Shown: positions 61,711 to 64,000 of the stretch, piece by piece
Numbering within the stretch: position 1 is the first letter of the stretch
Layout of the letters: each line of letters starts with the position of its first letter
Assembly: GCF_009914755.1 (NCBI RefSeq)
Contig: NC_060945.1
DNA: 64,000 nt
Reading direction: 5' to 3' (one strand)
From: the human T2T-CHM13v2.0 reference genome, Homo sapiens
Made by a program: the position numbers and the translations under genes
The notes under the pieces: model-generated
Told to the model about the DNA's origin: nothing
Database searches by the model: none
The model's input: the letters and a program-made list of their open reading frames with translations, nothing else

Positions 61711-62147
61711 AATAGTTGGAATCTTATTCTTGAGAAGAATTAGAAACTTATTTCTCAATAGTGACACTGGTGGAATAGAATAATTTTGTGATAAAGCATA
61801 GTGACATATTTTCGGACTCTACCATTTGTTATACAGCTGGGATTAAAAACCTCATTTATTCAAGAGCACCATGACTGGTTCCATTAGGTAGTTAGGACAA
61901 TTTGTAAATAAAACAACAAAAGATCCACTTAGCATAGTATTATGCTTTTTGCAGGACACTTTTCTGGGTGGACTTGGACTAACCCAGTTTTCCCCACTTT
62001 CTCACTTGAACTTCTAAAGCATAAAAGTAGAATGTGCTAGAAATGTAACATTCTGAGATAGGGAGGGACTGGCCAGAACAGTGTGGCCTCTGTTTCAGTT
62101 CCCACCTAAAAACAGGATGTATTTCAATGCTTTAGCCCAGCAAGTCA

Positions 62148-62579
<432 letters not shown>

Positions 62580-62586
62580 CTATAAG

Positions 62587-62938
62587 TGTATTAGTCCGTC
62601 TTCACGCTGCTGATAAAGACATACCCGAGACTGGGCAATTTACAAAAGAAAGGACTTGCAGTTTCACGTGGCTGGTGAACGTCTCACAATCACGGCAGAG
62701 GGTGAAAGGTACTCCTTAGGTGCCTGCTGCCAGAGAGAATGAGGAAGAAGCAAAAACAAAAACCCCTGATAAGCCCATCAGATCTCGGGAGACTTATTAA
62801 GCATCATGAAAATAGCACGGGAAAGACTGGCCCCCGTGATTCAATTACCTCCTCCTGGGACCCTCCCACAGCATGTGGGAATTCCGGGAGATAGAATTCA
62901 AGTTGAGATTTGGGTGGGGACACAGCCAAACCATATCA
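62587..62938 (-). mobile_element. THE1C-like MaLR solo LTR
   Basis: TGTATTAGTCC...CCATATCA termini; 5-bp TSD ATAAG/ATAGG. Confidence 0.92.
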
Positions 62939-64000
62939 ATAGGTAATAAATCTGCCTCATGTAACTTGTGTGCATGGGTGTTCTATCTCACCAGACTCAT
63001 ACAAGCTCGTAACCAGTGCATGTTAAGCCTGCTTCACACTCTTCAGCATGCTTTGCTAAAAAGTTTTTGCCACGTTAATTTTTTAACATTGCATGAATTT
63101 GTAGACATAAAAATGAGAAAGCTTACTGAAGACACTCTACATTTGTTTCATACTCAATATAATATTTCTTCTTGAGTATAATAAGCTACCTAGCTTATAA
63201 GTTAATATATTTGGATAAAAACCAACTTAAAAACTTAGCTACATTTCTATGCAAACTAATCTTTCATCAAAGCTAATTAGTGATTTTAAAATGCTATCAA
63301 ATACCATCTTATCTTGTATAAGATTTTAAAATTTGGAAGGGTAGCTCAAAATCAATTTGGGTTAATTCAAATTACATCTCAGAAACTAGAGAGTTAAAAT
63401 AATTTTTTAAAAGGAACTTTATATATTGCCTTAACACTTTGTGAATAAAAATCTTTTATGTTTTTCTCCCTTTTATTTATGATCCTTGGATATCATTTGA
63501 GTTCTTGCTAAAAGCTGCCATTTTCATTTCTACAGCTTAATTGCTTACAAATTAATGATTCATAATATTTCACAATTTTCACTTAAATGGTCTGGCATAT
63601 ATTCCTATTGTAATCATGTCATAAAATTAAGGGGAAATTGAATGCCTTGCAGAGTCCGATAAAGACAAGTTCATTCTTTCTTGTGCAATGATTTCCTATA
63701 ACATTTGGAGTTATATCAAATCTAAATTTGTATTCTAAGCAGAAATTACATGTGTTTTTCCCGAACATGTGTTTTCTTATGCTCCTAACCTGTGAAATAG
63801 GAACTTATAAACTATTCTTTTAAAGGCAAGCATATCAATTTAGATGTCTTCCTTTGCAGAGAAAATCAGATACAAATAATCCTATGAAAATATAGTTGCA
63901 TAAGAGTGAACCATCTTATTGTTTATTTCAGATTTGCTCATACCAGCTTGTGTATATTGTTGAGACAGCTCACTGAATGGCATTATTCAATGGTTTCTCT

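Overview
This is AT-rich hominoid (human-like) genomic DNA, intergenic or intronic; AluY and an L1PA2-type element support the hominoid call. Roughly two-thirds is recognisable transposable element. I find no supportable protein-coding gene, RNA gene or CRISPR array, and the supplied ORFs are TE fragments, Alu or simple-repeat read-through, or chance. I could not identify the locus and found no convincing new biological system. Best-supported points of interest: (i) a perfect zero-spacer p53 response element in a MER61-type LTR whose TATA region was hit by an antisense THE1 LTR; (ii) a two-LTR LOR1-type provirus (tRNA-Glu PBS, PPT, 4-bp TSD) splitting a FAM monomer and containing an AluJ and a 3'-truncated L1; (iii) three independent 5'-inverted (twin-primed) L1s within 13 kb, one with a ~56-nt non-L1 insert at the inversion junction; (iv) a full-length Tigger2 nested in LTR33; (v) several unique segments with enhancer-like or exon-like signals. 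Repeat subfamily names come from my recall of consensus sequences, not a database search. Boundaries of old repeats are approximate.
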